NCBI GenBank assembly: GCA_041674765.1
Contig: JBAYVE010000002.1
Coordinates: 113,467 to 177,466 of the forward strand
DNA length: 64,000 nt
From: Patescibacteria group bacterium
GTDB lineage: Bacteria; Patescibacteriota; UBA1384; XYA2-FULL-43-10; 1-14-0-10-43-13
Direction: 5' to 3'
Positions within the stretch are counted from its first letter, which is position 1. Each line of letters opens with the position of its first letter. The position numbers and the translations under genes were made by a program. A model generated the notes under the pieces. That model had not been told where the DNA came from. It made no database searches and was given only the letters and a program-made list of their open reading frames with translations. This document shows positions 61,163 to 64,000 of the stretch, one piece after another.

Positions 61163-64000
61163 CTAAGCGTGGCCGTGTCTTGCTTCCATATCTTTCTTCC
61201 ATTTCTCGAAATTCCCAGTTAGAAAAGAATACTTTTGCGCCGTCAAATTCTTCTGAAATTCCCCAACAGAGATCGGTTTGAGCGGCGCTGAGGTGAAAAT
61301 AATTTTTCCTTTTTGATCTAGTCCGAAGGGAGTGGTAGTAATTTTGCCGTCACTGATATTATCTACCTTCAGGAATTCCATTGTGCCGTCGGTTAGCTCC
61401 CGTATGAAAACCTGTTCCGGCTTAACTTCGAGTTCCGAAGCTGCCTCAATGTTGCCTTCTGGAGTCAACCTCGGCACGCTGATCTTTGGGGCGGCTTGTG
61501 GTTCTTTCTCTTTCTTAAACTCAGTGACGATGGCATAAAAATCATTGAACTTTGCGTTCTTACTTTTGCCTGCTTTTATGAGCGCATCGATAATCTCAGG
61601 GAGAGATCTGGAATCCTCTTTTAGTAGAGTAGCGCTAATCTTTTTCTTGTCTTTATCTTGCAAGGCAGCCAGATAGGGATCCAGCAAAGCGATTCGGTCT
61701 CCATCGGACATAATCTGATCGCCGAAAAAATAATCGGTATTCTTCTTTTGTTTCGAAAAGATTTCCTCAACTTCGCCGACTTTCGGTATTTGCAGGACAA
61801 GGGCTTTGTCATCGTTATGACGGTAGGCGAAAAATTTGCCTTCTTGTGTCGTCACTATCAGAGTAAGGGAGATATCCGCCCCGGCAACTCTAGCACAGAG
61901 ATCGGAGAGTTTTTTTGTATTTTTATCGGCGGCTGCATCAGACTGCTCAAGATCATCGGCAATTCCAGCATAGGCGCTACCCAATTCTGCGGCTGCTTTT
62001 TTCAAATCTGCGATTTTCTTTTCACTTTTATCCGGAGAAGAGATAGAAACAACTAATTGCTGTCCGTTCGGTAGTCGGCCAAACGTAAATGTTTCCCGAA
62101 GGGCCTTTTCTTTTTGGTCAGGGTTGGCTTCATGTTGTCCGGCTGTTTCATAATTACCGACTCGGCCTGACTGTTTTTCGAGGAGTTTGCCGCCCTCGGT
62201 TTTCTGCATACCTTCGGGCACGTTTTCCGCTGGTTCTTGTACGGGCGTAGGGCCTTCGCTACCGCTTTCGCCGGATCCGAAGCTTGATGGTCCTCGCCCA
62301 GATGGTGCGGCTCCAGCACCGGTACTAGCGGTTCCTCTTCTTTCCTCTTCTTTTTTCTTGGCAAATTTTTCATTTCGGATAACCATAATGAACCGGGAAT
62401 CGGCGCGTACCAAGTCTATCAGGGGTACTCTTTGAACAGGGTTGAATTCCTTGGCCTCATTAACAACTTGCATATCAACACAACTTCTCTCGGGATGATC
62501 CAGATCAATCTCATCGGTACGAATAACTTTCATAATTTGGTTAGCTGAATTATCTCCATTTTCGCTTAAATCCTGAAGATAATATTGACCGGGGAGAGGC
62601 AGACGGTTGTTCCTCGCCATTTCTAGAAGTTGATCACGAACGTCGCCTTCGGGCAGCAGACGGCGGCGCTTCATCTCCTGATTGTGGATAAATTCTGTTC
62701 TGGTATCAGCATCTCTCTGGTGACGGCCGTCATTGAAAAATTTACCGATAAAGAATCTGCCGACGGTTGCTGCCATTACTCCCGCAAGCTGGATACCGAC
62801 TCGTTTGACTGCTTCGCGGTAAAAAGCTTCTTTGCCCAGCTGCCCCAAAGCAATTGCTCCCTCATAAAGCAGATGCCCGCCATGTTCGGCGATACCTTTA
62901 AAACCATCCAATGCGGCTGCCCCGACATCGCCGATTCTCTCGGCTGCCAGGCGCTCACCAACACTTTTATATAGATAGTAAGCCTGATCTTGAATTTGCT
63001 TGACGGGATGAGAAACGCCATCGCGGTCAATATCGATGCCTTTGACAGTTTCTCCGCTATTGTATGCATTCGTCATATTGTCATAGGCTTTGCCGGTCAG
63101 ATGACCCCAGCCGCCGTTTAGAAGAGTTACTGCCGTTACTGCCATGCTGCCGATCATATCGCCCCATTCCGAACGGTTTTCCCAGTTGTGACGCTCTGAC
63201 TCTAACTTATTGCGAAGCTCTGCCATTGTTGTTGAATCGGGCGAAACGTAACTAGGTTGATACATCTCTGTCCCGTCGCGTTTTTCCGGATTGTTATCGC
63301 TGTGCTCTAGGTCTATATATGGATCAATATCGGCTTCTTTGCCAAAAAGTTTACCGAGGAATCCCTTTGTCTTCTTGTTTGGAGTACCGTCATCGTTTTC
63401 CTCTTCGCCCTGTTGGTATTGAATGTCGACTGAGAGATGTTCGAAGCTGTTTTGAAAATTGACGCGATCGATAACTGCTTGATTATGCCGAAGTTCCCAA
63501 GTCTCTCGTGTGATCGGTTCGTCGGTGAATGGATCGGTCGGATCTGTTTCATCAAATTTCTGGTAGGCAATTTCTCGTTCATTTAACTTATTTAGTTTTT
63601 TGAAGTATCGAAGCGTGGCAGCAATTTCTTGTTGTTTTAAGTGCCGTTCCTGGCTACTGAAATGTCTGGTGAGTTCGACGGATCCACGTCCGATTGCACT
63701 GCCCAAGACTGTTCGGCCAACCATATCAGCAACTGCCGCTGAGCCCACCTCCGCGCCCAAAAGCCAATTCATGGCCATAGCAACGCCGGCCGTAATTGCG
63801 CCTTTTAAGACTATCTTTTCAGCAAAGTTAATAGTCTCCCGAAGGGCGGCGTGACCCCTTCTGTATTCAACCGAACCGGTCCGTTTGTTTATCCGAAAAT
63901 CGCTACCTTGTAGATCAATATCTACTATTTTTTTATTTTCATCCCGCTTGATTTCCCAATGTCCATCGCCCGAGAGATATGACTGAGCCCGTCCCCAAAA
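61163..64000 (-). CDS. large (>945 aa) hypothetical protein, 5'-partial (continues past window end); N-terminal glycine-zipper-like hydrophobic region
   Basis: The frame is open from 64000 down to the stop at 61163. The track called only 871 aa from the internal Met at 63778. There is an upstream GxxxG-rich segment (GAITAGVAMAMNWLLGAEVGSAAVADMVGRTVLGSAIGRG). Composition is GC-rich. Confidence 0.6.
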   Translation of the reverse strand, partial: FWGRAQSYLSGDGHWEIKRDENKKIVDIDLQGSDFRINKRTGSVEYRRGHAALRETINFAEKIVLKGAITAGVAMAMNWLLGAEVGSAAVADMVGRTVLGSAIGRGSVELTRHFSSQERHLKQQEIAATLRYFKKLNKLNEREIAYQKFDETDPTDPFTDEPITRETWELRHNQAVIDRVNFQNSFEHLSVDIQYQQGEEENDDGTPNKKTKGFLGKLFGKEADIDPYIDLEHSDNNPEKRDGTEMYQPSYVSPDSTTMAELRNKLESERHNWENRSEWGDMIGSMAVTAVTLLNGGWGHLTGKAYDNMTNAYNSGETVKGIDIDRDGVSHPVKQIQDQAYYLYKSVGERLAAERIGDVGAAALDGFKGIAEHGGHLLYEGAIALGQLGKEAFYREAVKRVGIQLAGVMAATVGRFFIGKFFNDGRHQRDADTRTEFIHNQEMKRRRLLPEGDVRDQLLEMARNNRLPLPGQYYLQDLSENGDNSANQIMKVIRTDEIDLDHPERSCVDMQVVNEAKEFNPVQRVPLIDLVRADSRFIMVIRNEKFAKKKEEERRGTASTGAGAAPSGRGPSSFGSGESGSEGPTPVQEPAENVPEGMQKTEGGKLLEKQSGRVGNYETAGQHEANPDQKEKALRETFTFGRLPNGQQLVVSISSPDKSEKKIADLKKAAAELGSAYAGIADDLEQSDAAADKNTKKLSDLCARVAGADISLTLIVTTQEGKFFAYRHNDDKALVLQIPKVGEVEEIFSKQKKNTDYFFGDQIMSDGDRIALLDPYLAALQDKDKKKISATLLKEDSRSLPEIIDALIKAGKSKNAKFNDFYAIVTEFKKEKEPQAAPKISVPRLTPEGNIEAASELEVKPEQVFIRELTDGTMEFLKVDNISDGKITTTPFGLDQKGKIIFTSAPLKPISVGEFQKNLTAQKYSFLTGNFEKWKKDMEARHGHA

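Noticed and set aside
63600-63854. 84-aa plus-strand ORF near the window end
   Set aside because: It is antisense to the large minus-strand ORF, which is open through the window edge.
1-64000. CRISPR arrays, rRNA genes, obvious transposase/integrase genes
   Set aside because: There are no regularly spaced identical repeats with unique spacers and no rRNA-like conserved blocks. No ORF has a transposase- or integrase-like motif. The repeats present are heterogeneous short families without spacers.

Overview
The window is a chromosomal segment of roughly 40% GC that resembles a small-genome Candidate-Phyla-Radiation / Patescibacteria-type bacterium. I could not run any homology search, so that assignment is a judgement from gene content: a type IV pilus operon, an LPXTG sortase substrate, compact ribosomal and tRNA-synthetase genes, and a giant surface protein. 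TGA ends several conserved genes and release factor 2 is present, so the standard code (table 11) applies. The core content is almost entirely plus-strand. It comprises a Y-family DNA polymerase, three secreted or glycine-rich proteins, a full type IV pilus locus (PilN/O-like, pilB, pilT, pilC, pilA, pilD and four further pilin-like genes), trpS, rnhA, ileS, ftsW/rodA, rplU, secE, nusG, rplK, a short mfd, dprA, topA, recR, cysS, a four-helix-bundle (IVS-type) protein, dus, an LPXTG/DUF11 surface protein, prfB, ybaB, pth, rplA, a 3164-aa giant surface protein, rplJ, rplL and tgt. The most unusual content is not in the gene list. (i) The region is saturated with several families of short dispersed repeats: a roughly 150-bp MITE-like element with 14-bp terminal inverted repeats (TIRs) in three copies, a GTCATCCTCGGG...GGATCCAATTCC palindromic family, an AAATTYGAAATCC repeat, heptamer arrays, a 69-bp tandem unit, G-rich GGAATG arrays, and an iteron-like GGGAATGACAAAGAAA array. 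At least two of these families are inserted in-frame inside housekeeping genes (tgt and dus), much as Rickettsia palindromic elements do. (ii) There are two visibly GC-richer islands, at about 35.85-38.5 kb and from 57.3 kb to the window end, encoding secreted or unknown proteins. (iii) Inside the second island is a pair of candidate small RNAs driven by duplicated near-consensus promoters, each carrying an identical C-rich (anti-Shine-Dalgarno-like) hairpin loop. (iv) The conserved rplK-rplA-rplJ-rplL block is split twice, once by an 18-kb insertion and once by the 9.5-kb giant gene.
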